A stretch of 63,965 nt of DNA. Source: a virus. The stretch is taken from the IMG/VR virus record IMGVR_UViG_3300045988_132111; one strand, 5' to 3'. A program made the translations under genes and the position numbers. Positions 18,038 through 27,372 of the stretch are shown here, one piece after another. Positions within the stretch are counted from its first letter, which is position 1, and each line of letters begins with the position of its first letter. The notes under the pieces are model-generated. The model was not told the DNA's origin. It ran no database searches and saw nothing but the letters and a program-made list of their open reading frames with translations.

Positions 18038-19274
18038 TTTGACCTCTGTCTCCTCCTTCTTGATTTTTATGTGTTTCTGCCAGATCTTCTTTAGCCTGGC
18101 TTATGTTGCTATTTCTGAGTTCATCTGCCTTAGGATCTTTAGACGGTTTCATACCGATAACCTGGCGGATCTCATTCGCAGTCATAATCTCGTTTCTTGT
18201 GAACTTGTCTGCAATCTCTGCCACGCTGCTGACCGGAACAAGCTTAAACGGGTCTCTGAAATACATGATCGACTGACCCTGTGTTCGAGCCGTTTCAGAC
18301 AGAAACTTACGCTTCATTTCATCTGCAATAGCAGACACAAATGGCTCCACTGTTCTGTTCATGTAATTAAGCATCGTTTTTTCATCAGCTGTACCATTCA
18401 ATACTTCCTGTGTGATACCTAACTGGGAATACAAAAGATCCTGAAGATATTCGATTTGTTTCATAAGATTATTCTCTAAAGACCTGTTTAACTGAACGAC
18501 TTTCTCTGTGGAATCAATGTACGCAACACCATATTTCGACCCGGTAAGCTGCTTTTCAATATCAGTTCGTCGGGTCTCAGCCTGATTTCTTCTTGCTTCT
18601 GACTTAATTGCATAAGGGAGCTGAATAAGTAAATCTAACTTGCCAGATGCCGTTCTTTCGTCTGTCACATCCAGCAGGCTCAATTTCCTACTCAATCGCT
18701 TAAATGTGGAGTTTTGTTCATTGATTATTGAGTACAGAGGGTTTTCGACAATACCGATCTGGCGCTTAGATAGGAGAATGTCCTCTTTCTCGCCAGTACG
18801 TTCGTTATAGACTTGAACCAGAACTTTTTCCGGATACCATTCCAAAATCTTTCCAGTTCTCATAGACAAAATATCATATGAATCCGTAAGCATGGGATCT
18901 GCCGTAGTATAAACAGGAACCATAGCAACCCCGCCTTCATCCATAGCAGACATCGTTACATCTTGGATGTACGATCGTGCGGTCTGATCAATATTTGCTT
19001 CCAGAGTTAAACAATTATTCAGCTCTGAATCCACATCTTCTATATATCGACCGTCCTTATCCAGCTTACAATGTCTGAATCCGATACTCGCTACATCCAA
19101 AGAGATTCGATTAAAAATAGCGGTGATAATAGATCTCTCATTACCGCCGCTTAAACGTGGGCGATCTGGTCTGGCAGAATACCCCGGTCCATTTGATTGG
19201 TACCCACGTGTTGGATCACGATTGGCAAATGCATTGAATGCACGTTGCAATCGTCTTGTGATATTAAATTCCAT
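18030..19274 (-). CDS. portal protein
   Basis: 414 aa, between terminase and capsid, with size and composition typical of a portal. Confidence 0.75.
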   Translation of the reverse strand: MEFNITRRLQRAFNAFANRDPTRGYQSNGPGYSARPDRPRLSGGNERSIITAIFNRISLDVASIGFRHCKLDKDGRYIEDVDSELNNCLTLEANIDQTARSYIQDVTMSAMDEGGVAMVPVYTTADPMLTDSYDILSMRTGKILEWYPEKVLVQVYNERTGEKEDILLSKRQIGIVENPLYSIINEQNSTFKRLSRKLSLLDVTDERTASGKLDLLIQLPYAIKSEARRNQAETRRTDIEKQLTGSKYGVAYIDSTEKVVQLNRSLENNLMKQIEYLQDLLYSQLGITQEVLNGTADEKTMLNYMNRTVEPFVSAIADEMKRKFLSETARTQGQSIMYFRDPFKLVPVSSVAEIADKFTRNEIMTANEIRQVIGMKPSKDPKADELRNSNISQAKEDLAETHKNQEGGDRGQNE

Positions 19275-19344
19275 TTTGATTTTTCTCCATATATATTTTC
19301 CAGGCTCAAAAAGTTAGTATATGCTAACTCTTGGGTAAAAAATT

Positions 19345-19593
19345 TTAAAGCTCAATTCCCTCAAATTCCGCACTAACTTCCAAACAACGAAGATACTCAA
19401 CCATATACCGCTGTTGCTCATAAAGGATTGCTCTTGAAGAGGATGGGGTGAAATCAAGTTTGCCAGCCTCTAATTTCACAAGCATGGCATGAAGTTTGGT
19501 ATATCTAATTTTGAGCTGATAATACTCAGCTTTGAACCGATCTTTATAATCGGAACTGTTCATAAGTTCAATTGTATCTTTCAATTCATTCAT
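19345..19593 (-). CDS. hypothetical protein
   Basis: The ATG at 19593 is preceded by TGGAGGAAGAATA. The product is small and helical (DRFKAEYYQLKIRYTKL). Confidence 0.5.
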   Translation of the reverse strand: MNELKDTIELMNSSDYKDRFKAEYYQLKIRYTKLHAMLVKLEAGKLDFTPSSSRAILYEQQRYMVEYLRCLEVSAEFEGIEL

Positions 19594-19606
19594 TATTCTT
19601 CCTCCA

Positions 19607-21370
19607 TTATTCAAATGCTTCTCTATTCAGTTTGAATGCAATAAAAGCATCCATCATAGCCGCTACGGTATCAATTTTTGCTTCGTGTCTTCTCTTCAAT
19701 AATTTCCTATTACCATTGGTGTCCTCCATAACTATGCAATTACCCATTGTAAACGTCATAAGCTGCTCGTCAAAAAGCAGCATTCTCTCTTCTGAAAGTT
19801 TCTTTAGTTCACCTAAGGGGACAGACTCGGTCTTCGAACCTTGGATTACTTTCTCAATGCCAAATGGACCATTTTCCCGCTCCCATCGTTCCACGAAATC
19901 TCTTGCATTGTATGGATCGTATCCAAAGCACCGAACATCGTAGCCTGTTTCTATGATGTGATTATCCAGATCATCATATACCTGAGTCATGTCGAGTATA
20001 TTCCCATTCATAACATGAAGACTTCCCTCTTTTATGAAATCATCATATTTTCGTCGTAACGCACCTGGTAACTTAGCAAGAGTAAGTTCGGTTATATAAT
20101 TTCTGGTCTTGACTCCAAAATCGCCATTACTCAAAGGAAACAGAAACACAAACGAACAGAAGTCATCACCCTTAGATAAGTCAGCTCCCAAAGCGCATGG
20201 CATCTGCCAGAATTCTCGTTTTCTGTGTACTTTAGTTTCTCCATACGTGAAGAAATAGGTATAACCCTCCATCGGGATGCCAAAACGTTTTGCCAGGATA
20301 TCGTTTCTTGCTGCCGGACTATTTTCTGCTTTCTCGACAGCTAGCTGATAAGTCTCATAGGACACAGTCTTTCCTAGATTAGGATTAGCTTTTATCCACA
20401 TGTCAGGCTTGCCAACTTCCTCCATGGAATCAAGCTTGTACCACCAGATTGATGTATGTGGTGCGTTATATTCTCCTTTGAGAATCTTCATTAATTCCAT
20501 TTTGACGTCATCACCAGGACCGTTACGCACAGTACCCTCAGAGCTGATGGCTATAATTAAGTAGTCATCATTCTTACCACCACTCTGCTCTTTGGCAGCA
20601 CTCTGCTCCAGTGTCTCAACAACATCCTCTCGGATATCTCCAGAAAGCCATTCATCAACCGTGGCCACCTTGACACGTAAACCCTGAAGCTTATCAATGG
20701 ACATAGGTCTGACTTCTAACAGTGAGCCAGTAAGAAAATTCTGGATTCCTTTTTTGGTGGAAGCTAATTTAACCCTGTTAGCTCTTGATCCAGTTGTATT
20801 CTGTAACGAACCCTCGGTAAGAAACTGAAATAAAGGACCTCTGGCCCTCGTTATGGCAGTTCGGATTGGTGACATTACCTCTTCCGCCTGTGCCATAGTG
20901 GGAGCTGTTGTTACTTGATGAGTGGTCGATGTATCGACGTTCAGAAAATAATTCTGAATACAAGAAGCGTACATAGATTTAGCTGCACCTCTGGCAACTA
21001 TAAGATATTGTTTCTTTATAAGCCTTTTTTTTATTCGGCGGTTCTCATAGTGCCCGGGTTGTCCATTCTCTCCTGGGACATAAATACTTCGATCGACAAA
21101 GTAATACCAACCAAATATCTGTTCAGCCCATAACTTAAATGAATCCAGTAAATGAAGATTCTCTCCATCTGTCAGTGTAAGCTCGTTCTCGCAATAACTT
21201 ACGAAACCTAGAATAGCCTGGTCGTCATACCAAATACCTGGGTTTTCGATCCAGGAATCTATTCGGTTCATCTCCATGGAGATTTCTTTACAAACTGGTA
21301 TTTCACCTCGAATCACGGCATCTCGAAAACGGCCGTAATAAATCGGGGTGGCTGTATTCGATAATGCCAT
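19607..21370 (-). CDS. terL: terminase large subunit
   Basis: 587 aa with a Walker-A-like LIVARGAAKS and a downstream nuclease-size domain. It lies next to the portal. Confidence 0.85.
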   Translation of the reverse strand: MALSNTATPIYYGRFRDAVIRGEIPVCKEISMEMNRIDSWIENPGIWYDDQAILGFVSYCENELTLTDGENLHLLDSFKLWAEQIFGWYYFVDRSIYVPGENGQPGHYENRRIKKRLIKKQYLIVARGAAKSMYASCIQNYFLNVDTSTTHQVTTAPTMAQAEEVMSPIRTAITRARGPLFQFLTEGSLQNTTGSRANRVKLASTKKGIQNFLTGSLLEVRPMSIDKLQGLRVKVATVDEWLSGDIREDVVETLEQSAAKEQSGGKNDDYLIIAISSEGTVRNGPGDDVKMELMKILKGEYNAPHTSIWWYKLDSMEEVGKPDMWIKANPNLGKTVSYETYQLAVEKAENSPAARNDILAKRFGIPMEGYTYFFTYGETKVHRKREFWQMPCALGADLSKGDDFCSFVFLFPLSNGDFGVKTRNYITELTLAKLPGALRRKYDDFIKEGSLHVMNGNILDMTQVYDDLDNHIIETGYDVRCFGYDPYNARDFVERWERENGPFGIEKVIQGSKTESVPLGELKKLSEERMLLFDEQLMTFTMGNCIVMEDTNGNRKLLKRRHEAKIDTVAAMMDAFIAFKLNREAFE

Positions 21371-21383
21371 AAATGTTCACCTG

Positions 21384-21854
21384 TTACTTCTTCTTATTGT
21401 TGGTATAGATTTTTACATCATCATCCAACTTGAATGTGTTGTTTATCGTCTTTGTCATGAAAGATTTTGACAACTGTTTACCAACATCAATTGCTGCCGG
21501 AGTAATCATATCTTTCATCACTGTCTGCGCAATCTTCTTACCCTTAGAAACTTGCTTTGGAGTTAATGAGCTCAATTCTTGTTCTAGTTTTATCCTGCTA
21601 ATCTTCTGTCGGATTTCATCATCGGACATATCTTTCACGGATTTTGATTTCGACTTCGTCTTTGAAGATTCGGAACCCTTGGCGCTCTCTGGATGACGTC
21701 TAAGATTCTTTCCGGTAAGATTTGTATACTCAGCTCTCATCTTTGAAGCTTTTTTTCTGCCAGCGGAAGTAAGCGTTCCATCTTTGTTCTGGTACCGTCT
21801 CACACCCCATTTCATACCAAGTATTCCGTGATGGGATAAGTATTCATTTTCCAT
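21384..21854 (-). CDS. basic hypothetical protein with an N-terminal EYLSHHGILGMKWGVRRY box
   Basis: 156 aa and Lys/Ser-rich. Its N-terminal box resembles residues 21-28 of the 970-aa ORF. Confidence 0.55.
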   Translation of the reverse strand: MENEYLSHHGILGMKWGVRRYQNKDGTLTSAGRKKASKMRAEYTNLTGKNLRRHPESAKGSESSKTKSKSKSVKDMSDDEIRQKISRIKLEQELSSLTPKQVSKGKKIAQTVMKDMITPAAIDVGKQLSKSFMTKTINNTFKLDDDVKIYTNNKKK

Positions 21855-21855
21855 A

Positions 21856-22206
21856 TCACACCTCCTCTCCTTTATCAGCGTTCACAACCAATCTAAATTC
21901 GAGCATGTTAATCTGTCGGTTAATAGAATCCATGAGAGTAGCATTCTGAGGTGGATCAAAGAGCAATTTCACATTCAGATGTATGTATGATTTTACACCC
22001 TCTAAATCAGATCCCTCTGGTAGATACTCGCTCCAAGTAGTTGTTTTATCAGAGATTCTGAAACCTTTAGATGGTCCAACCCCCAACTGATTAAGAATCA
22101 TGAATGTGGTATTGATATGTGTAATTATGTCTGTATCGAATTGCTCGTACTCTTCGGGTAATCCAATCATTTTCTTGATTGTCACAAGTATACTTTCATC
22201 ATCCAT
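21856..22206 (-). CDS. head-tail connector (gp6-like) protein
   Basis: 116 aa and acidic, with the helical pattern of gp6/QLRG-type connector proteins (from memory). Confidence 0.4.
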   Translation of the reverse strand: MDDESILVTIKKMIGLPEEYEQFDTDIITHINTTFMILNQLGVGPSKGFRISDKTTTWSEYLPEGSDLEGVKSYIHLNVKLLFDPPQNATLMDSINRQINMLEFRLVVNADKGEEV

Positions 22207-22213
22207 CTCAGTA

Positions 22214-22636
22214 TCACCTCCTCCATGGACATGTATCGTTTTTAGTTCTTTCTATAACAAAAACATCAGTCAGTGATTCATATGTGCCATAATGTATGGC
22301 ATCGTGCGTGCGTTTCATAGTCGAAATAAGATAATCTGGGTTTAGTAGAAACTCAGTACGCTCCAAAATATCGGCTTTGGTGATTGGGTTCATATGATGA
22401 ATGAGTATTCGGTCATTTATCTCGTATCCGTCCAAACCAAGATCACACCCATGGTCTCGAATAATCACCTGATCCCGAATTCTATTCCATTCTTTAGATT
22501 TGTAAAATATCTGATTCAAATATCGGTCAAACCCGAACGTATCTTCTCCAACGGAGCCACCTAAACGCAAATATTCATACCGCTGTTTAAATGTCGGCAA
22601 GCGCACCAGTTCGGAGTATGTTCTAATATTCGTCAT
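22214..22636 (-). CDS. HNH endonuclease (packaging-associated)
   Basis: HGCDLG..IHHMNPIT reads as an H-N-H core. It is adjacent to the terminase genes. The ATG at 22636 follows an AGGTGA RBS. Confidence 0.55.
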   Translation of the reverse strand: MTNIRTYSELVRLPTFKQRYEYLRLGGSVGEDTFGFDRYLNQIFYKSKEWNRIRDQVIIRDHGCDLGLDGYEINDRILIHHMNPITKADILERTEFLLNPDYLISTMKRTHDAIHYGTYESLTDVFVIERTKNDTCPWRR

Positions 22637-22955
22637 AGCTCTCACCTATATTTCCGTTGCCACCATAAGCACGCATGGCTTCAAGAACTTTGGCATATTC
22701 TACAGCAGATTCTTTGCTAGCTTCAATCGCACTGGTTTTAGCTTTGAGTAGTTCATTCTCTTTTGCTAGTTTCTCCCTCTCTAATCGCTCTTTCTCTGTT
22801 CCGAGTTTAAGAAAATGAGTAATCAGCTGGGAAGATGCCGTTCCATTAAGTAATTTTTCCTCAGCGCGGTCCATCGCCAAGGATATGAGCTGGTTTTCTC
22901 TTGCCTCCGGCGACAATACCGGTCGAAGGCGCTTAGATTCCTTGGCTTTTGACAT
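22623..22955 (-). CDS. putative terminase small subunit
   Basis: 110 aa and the first gene of the late operon. The motif ENQLISLA..GTASSQLITHFLKLGT is one I recall from small-terminase-annotated phage proteins. Confidence 0.4.
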   Translation of the reverse strand: MSKAKESKRLRPVLSPEARENQLISLAMDRAEEKLLNGTASSQLITHFLKLGTEKERLEREKLAKENELLKAKTSAIEASKESAVEYAKVLEAMRAYGGNGNIGESYDEY

Positions 22956-22994
22956 AGTTGTACACCTCTTTCTTGCAAATTTAATAGACTTTGT

Positions 22995-23124
22995 ACTGTG
23001 TTTAGGTGAACTTATAGAGCCATCGGAAAATGTGGATTTATCTTTTCACTGAAAGGAGAATTTTACCTATGAAAAAAATACGTAAATAGCGCGAAATAGT
23101 TCTATAAGTTCGCCTAAACACAGT
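22995..23124. promoter_or_regulatory. 24-bp inverted repeat (one mismatch) enclosing an 82-nt spacer, upstream of the late operon
   Basis: 22995-23018 actgtgtttaggtgaacttataga pairs with 23101-23124 tctataagttcgcctaaacacagt. The spacer contains promoter-like box P1. Confidence 0.8.
23068..23095 (-). promoter_or_regulatory. promoter-like box P1 (divergent member)
   Basis: Coding strand: TTCGCG-CTATTTACGTATTTTT-TTCATA, 113 nt upstream of the TerS start. The right-hand hexamer is weak. Confidence 0.35.
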
Positions 23125-23176
23125 AAATTAAGAAAATATCAGCCGGGGTTTCACCCAAATGTTTTCTGGAAAATAT

Positions 23177-23242
23177 CCCCCGGAGAATTTTCAAAGACCG
23201 GGGCGATGCAGGGAGGGGGTGTGATTTTTGAGACCCCCCCTC
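23177..23242 (-). terminator. two GC-rich hairpins after the RNAP-like operon
   Basis: 23213-23242: gaggggg..(loop)..ccccctc. 23177-23203: cccccgg..(loop)..ccgggg. Both sit in an otherwise AT-rich genome, and no clean U-tract follows the first. Confidence 0.45.
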
Positions 23243-23259
23243 TATATCTTTCGCTCCGA

Positions 23260-23532
23260 TTAAGCCACCTCTGTGGTATTTGGATCTGTATTCTTTTGAT
23301 TTCTGTACACTTTTTTGTAAATATTAAGAAAATCGTTATCAATGATTTCATCAATAACTCTTTCGTGTTCTTCATCGAACTCTTTTTCTGACATATCATC
23401 AGAATAATGGGTAAGTCTATCTATCTTTCCGCATGTATTGTAACCATTTCGGTTATCAAACAGCATCCAAAGAGCAAACTGCTCAAATGGATCATACGGA
23501 TTGTCAAATGTCGTTAATCTACAATCACTCAT
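23260..23532 (-). CDS. hypothetical protein
   Basis: 90 aa. Its ATG overlaps the stop of the upstream ORF (TAATG). Confidence 0.55.
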   Translation of the reverse strand: MSDCRLTTFDNPYDPFEQFALWMLFDNRNGYNTCGKIDRLTHYSDDMSEKEFDEEHERVIDEIIDNDFLNIYKKVYRNQKNTDPNTTEVA

Positions 23533-26444
23533 TAAGCTGTTGCTCCTTTCAAATATTTAGAAACTGTTGATGTAGAAACACCAAGTTTGTCTGCAATCTG
23601 TTGAATTGTATAAGAAGAAGACATCGCTTTGATACGATTTGCTGTAGCTGCGCTGATAGAAGCAGATGATTTAGGCATTGCTCTCTGGCGAAGTGAATCA
23701 GGATCACAGTTTTGAAGGATTGATTTCAATTTGTTCTCACTGATTGCACCTGCCTGAATGGCTTCCCATTCTTTGTCAGTTATCTGGATATTTCTCTCTT
23801 TTCTGGAGATAGAACCCACTTCTTCTCTAGCTTTACTCAACGCTCTCTGCGAATCCTTCTTAATTTCTTTAGTCTTCAATTTAACACCAGCTTCCTCAGC
23901 TTCTTTCTTTTTGGCATTGATAGTGGCTGCAGCCATACGATTGGCAGTCCTCTCACGTACCGTATTAAGTTGTGCTTTATGAAGCTTTTGCTCAAGACTA
24001 TTGACCTCTGTCTGATACTTAGCCTTAGCTTCCTTGCTATAAGCTATCTTACCGGTCTTACTAATTTCAACACGTGCCTGATTGGCAAGCGATTTCATGG
24101 TATTGGCATAGTCAGCGTAGACCAGTTCCATGGGGTGTCTATACTCAGATACTAGGGTCATGGCGTCATCGGTTTCTGCCATATTAGTGCTCTTCTGAGT
24201 ACGAACTTTCTGTACTTCAACGATTTCGCCAGTTCGTTTATCCACTTTAGTAGTGGTGTAGTCCGCGTCATCTGCTCTTCTGTACAGTAATGCACCTTCT
24301 GGTCTTGACGGATCATAATCTGGCTTGCCTTTCAGATTAACATGGGGCTGTCCCTGTCTCTTATCAACATCCACTTCTCCTTTAGCTCTGGAAATAAGAG
24401 TAGATGCTCCGCCAAATCTCAGATGGCCGGTCGAATCATAGTGTGCCTGGTATTCTTTTTTCAAAGCTGGAATATTGTTATCTATCTCACTCTGTTTATA
24501 GTCCAGATGATGTTTCTCCGCGTCGATAACAACCATTGAATGGCGAACCGCTCTTGCCATCTTATTATCATCTGCTCCAGCAAGGGTCATGTCTGTGATA
24601 AGATTACTGATTTTACCCATTTCAGTATCGGTCTTTTTCAAAAGCTGATACTCATGCCCACCACGATAGTAATGTTCTTTTCCTTCGTTATCGACTCTTT
24701 TCTCTCCACCGTACTCCATTTTGGGGTCGAATCCAACAAGCCCTTCCAAAGCAGGACGAGAAGCAATCTTCACCTTACCAGCTTTATCATGGGTAGGAAT
24801 GCACATTGCTGTATCACCATCGAAGTCTGCCCCAGATAATCGTTCGGCAACTTTGCTATTAATACCAACAGCATCAATTGAAGTTTTACCGATCATTTCG
24901 ATGGCTTCTCTATTCTTATTGTTTACGGTAAGAATAGGTATCTCAAAAGTCCCTCCGTGCGGAAAACGAATAAGCGCAAGTTTACTTCCATCCGGATACC
25001 CAGGAGCGTATACTTCTTTATCTGACATAGTAGTAAGCGGAAGTATGACATGATATTTCTGTCCAGGAAGAGCAGCCGCTTTCAAATGCACAGCCGCAGA
25101 GTCACATGACTGAGCAAACTTCTCCAAATAATACTTCTTTATAGTCGGGTTCGTGAGAGCATTAATCTCAGCAAACTCCTCTTTCTTATCTGCTTTAGCA
25201 ATACCAAGCTGCTTCTCGGCCATAGCCTTGGACTGTTTGGACAAGAACTGGGATGGTAAAGAATCTTTCCATTCGGTCCAATCACCCTCAGCTCGTGTCT
25301 TGTTAATTAAACCAAGTTTCTTTTCGCCTTTTTTATCGGTATACCAATACTGTCCACCCTGATCTTTCTCTTTGATGGCTGCGCCAAATGGGTTATCTGG
25401 ATCGTTCTTAATGTCTTTCAGAACATCAAGTTTAGAAACGCTCTTAGATTTGTTGGTGTTAAATATAACATCCACACCTGCCGGAAAGTCTTTTGGATCA
25501 CCGTAAACAGCCATTCCTTTGATGTACTTCTTTCCATCAACCATGATTCTAACCTGGGAATATCTGGATTCACCAAGAGACAAATCAGCAACACCAGGAC
25601 GGAGTTGAACTAAACCATCCCTTTCCAATCCGCCTTCTTCTGCATAGCGGATTTTCAGTCGTTTAGAATCCATACTTTCTGGGTAATGAAATTTCTTTTC
25701 GTATGTGTTTCCGCCGTCTCTTGAAATATAATCTTTAATGGTATGAATCTTGTCCAAATCATAAATGGCATTATGAGGAGTGTCTGGTTTACAGAGCACT
25801 CGTTGTGTTGTCATCTGGCCCTTGTTGGTCACCTGCGCAAAGCGACCACCGTAGACTTTGTATCCACCCTCAGCCTGTAAGATGAAGAGAGCCTGATCTA
25901 ACTTCTCTTTTGAAATGTTTAATTCGCGATCGACGCCAGTCCCGACATCAATCATACCTTTCTCATCAACATGTTTCTTTAACATCTCGGCAGTAGCTCT
26001 TGCCTGTTTCATTCTGGATTCCGAATTTGGGTTCAGGTATGATCTGACCGTAGATTCATTGACACCTAATTGTCTTCCGATTTCAGTTGCACTCACTCTT
26101 TTTTTCTTCAGAGCTTGTGCTCTTGCCACGTCATATCCACGACGCTCATCCTTGGCGATAGCGTACACAGTTCGGAAATCAGTAGAAGAATATCCAAGAG
26201 ACTTTGCAATAGCATTATCGCCAGTATATTTCTTTCCAGTCTGCGGGTCAGTATAGGTGAATCCGTTCTTTCTCATCTGTTCGACACGACCTAAGAAATC
26301 CCTACTGGACTGAAATGGCTCTTTACCAGATCCCCAAGGATATCTACCGGATCTTCTAGGCATACCGTAATGCTCCAAATATTCCTCATCGCTCATATAT
26401 CCGCAACCAAAATACGAATCTATCTCTTCAAGTATGGAACTCAT
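23532..26444 (-). CDS. candidate single-subunit two-barrel RNA polymerase (YonO/RdRP-like) with N- and C-terminal HTH modules
   Basis: Residues 540-544 are DFDGD (nt 24813-24827, GAC TTC GAT GGT GAT) in the context SGADFDGDTAMCIP. RFPHGG lies 47 residues upstream. HTH-like segments are VSATEIGRQLGVNESTVRSYL and YTIQQIADKLGVSTSTVSKYL. AGGAGGTG RBS. Confidence 0.5.
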   Translation of the reverse strand: MSSILEEIDSYFGCGYMSDEEYLEHYGMPRRSGRYPWGSGKEPFQSSRDFLGRVEQMRKNGFTYTDPQTGKKYTGDNAIAKSLGYSSTDFRTVYAIAKDERRGYDVARAQALKKKRVSATEIGRQLGVNESTVRSYLNPNSESRMKQARATAEMLKKHVDEKGMIDVGTGVDRELNISKEKLDQALFILQAEGGYKVYGGRFAQVTNKGQMTTQRVLCKPDTPHNAIYDLDKIHTIKDYISRDGGNTYEKKFHYPESMDSKRLKIRYAEEGGLERDGLVQLRPGVADLSLGESRYSQVRIMVDGKKYIKGMAVYGDPKDFPAGVDVIFNTNKSKSVSKLDVLKDIKNDPDNPFGAAIKEKDQGGQYWYTDKKGEKKLGLINKTRAEGDWTEWKDSLPSQFLSKQSKAMAEKQLGIAKADKKEEFAEINALTNPTIKKYYLEKFAQSCDSAAVHLKAAALPGQKYHVILPLTTMSDKEVYAPGYPDGSKLALIRFPHGGTFEIPILTVNNKNREAIEMIGKTSIDAVGINSKVAERLSGADFDGDTAMCIPTHDKAGKVKIASRPALEGLVGFDPKMEYGGEKRVDNEGKEHYYRGGHEYQLLKKTDTEMGKISNLITDMTLAGADDNKMARAVRHSMVVIDAEKHHLDYKQSEIDNNIPALKKEYQAHYDSTGHLRFGGASTLISRAKGEVDVDKRQGQPHVNLKGKPDYDPSRPEGALLYRRADDADYTTTKVDKRTGEIVEVQKVRTQKSTNMAETDDAMTLVSEYRHPMELVYADYANTMKSLANQARVEISKTGKIAYSKEAKAKYQTEVNSLEQKLHKAQLNTVRERTANRMAAATINAKKKEAEEAGVKLKTKEIKKDSQRALSKAREEVGSISRKERNIQITDKEWEAIQAGAISENKLKSILQNCDPDSLRQRAMPKSSASISAATANRIKAMSSSYTIQQIADKLGVSTSTVSKYLKGATA

Positions 26445-26445
26445 A

Positions 26446-27012
26446 TCACACCTCCTGCAATCTACTCTTTTCTATAAGTTCATCGAAATGAATAATAGTG
26501 TCCATAATGTAGGAAATCTTTTCTGGATCAGGATGATGTACCAGAACTTCATCCTGTTTATACAAACGGAGTTCGATATCAATCGCACTGGGCTTATATT
26601 TATACTCCAAACAGAACAGAGCTGCATATACTTCCAATTGTTCAATATGATCTTCGATTTTTCCGGATTTGCCTGTCTTTAAATCATGTATTCGCAATAT
26701 GTTATTTCTGAAGCAGATAGAATCAGCTGTTCCGAAGAAATTATTTGAATAATATAGGACAACCTCAGTATCCATCTTGAATCCGATTGCATCATTCACA
26801 TATGCGTATATTGTCTTCTTTGATCGAGGTTGCTTAATTCCTAAATCAATCGTGTCTTTAGCCCAAGCGTGAAGCTTAGTGCCGATTTCTTTAGCTTTCA
26901 GATTTTCGAATACAGTGAGTAACTTGTCGTCCGAATATCTCAGCCATGCACTTGAACTTGCAGAAAACGGTGCATGAAGTCCGCTAAGATTCGAATGCTT
27001 GATGAAGTTCAT
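26446..27012 (-). CDS. PD-(D/E)XK nuclease (DUF2800/Cas4-like)
   Basis: HAPFSASSSAWLRYS at the N-terminus, then GTADSI..LRIHDLKTGK (D..D-x-K). Confidence 0.55.
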   Translation of the reverse strand: MNFIKHSNLSGLHAPFSASSSAWLRYSDDKLLTVFENLKAKEIGTKLHAWAKDTIDLGIKQPRSKKTIYAYVNDAIGFKMDTEVVLYYSNNFFGTADSICFRNNILRIHDLKTGKSGKIEDHIEQLEVYAALFCLEYKYKPSAIDIELRLYKQDEVLVHHPDPEKISYIMDTIIHFDELIEKSRLQEV

Positions 27013-27274
27013 CTAATACTTCCTCCTTGTTCTCTGGATATATAAATTTTGAAAATGACATATTATCCATTTTTTCAACGTAATAATCCTGATTCGGTCG
27101 ATGTGAAGCTGTAGCGCTCTTTTTGACTTCAAGAGCAGCCCACTTGTCTTTATACAAAACCAATAAATCAGGAATTCCTTGAATATCAGCAGAATCCAGT
27201 TTTGTTACAATACAACCCGGAAATCTGCTTTTTAATTCTTTCTTCAAGTCAGCCTGAAATTTATTTTCTTTCAT
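26984..27274 (-). CDS. VRR-NUC domain nuclease
   Basis: IPDLLVLYKDKWAALEVKK is a PD-ExK core. The start is set at the ATG at 27274, because the track start at 27328 lies inside the tRNA gene. Confidence 0.65.
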   Translation of the reverse strand: MKENKFQADLKKELKSRFPGCIVTKLDSADIQGIPDLLVLYKDKWAALEVKKSATASHRPNQDYYVEKMDNMSFSKFIYPENKEEVLDELHQAFES

Positions 27275-27298
27275 GGCAAATCCCTTTCTTTTATAGAG

Positions 27299-27372
27299 TG
27301 GACCTTGATGGGTACGATCCATCGACATCCCGGTTATGAGCCGGACGCTCTAACCAACTGAGCTAAAGGTCC
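27299..27372 (-). tRNA. tRNA with anticodon CAT (Met elongator type or Ile2)
   Basis: Hand-folded sequence: GGACCTT-TA-GCTC-AGTTGGTTA-GAGC-G-TCCGG-CTCATAA-CCGGG-ATGTC-GATGG-ATCGTAC-CCATC-AAGGTCC-A. All four stems pair. The T-loop ATCGTAC is non-canonical. Confidence 0.8.
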
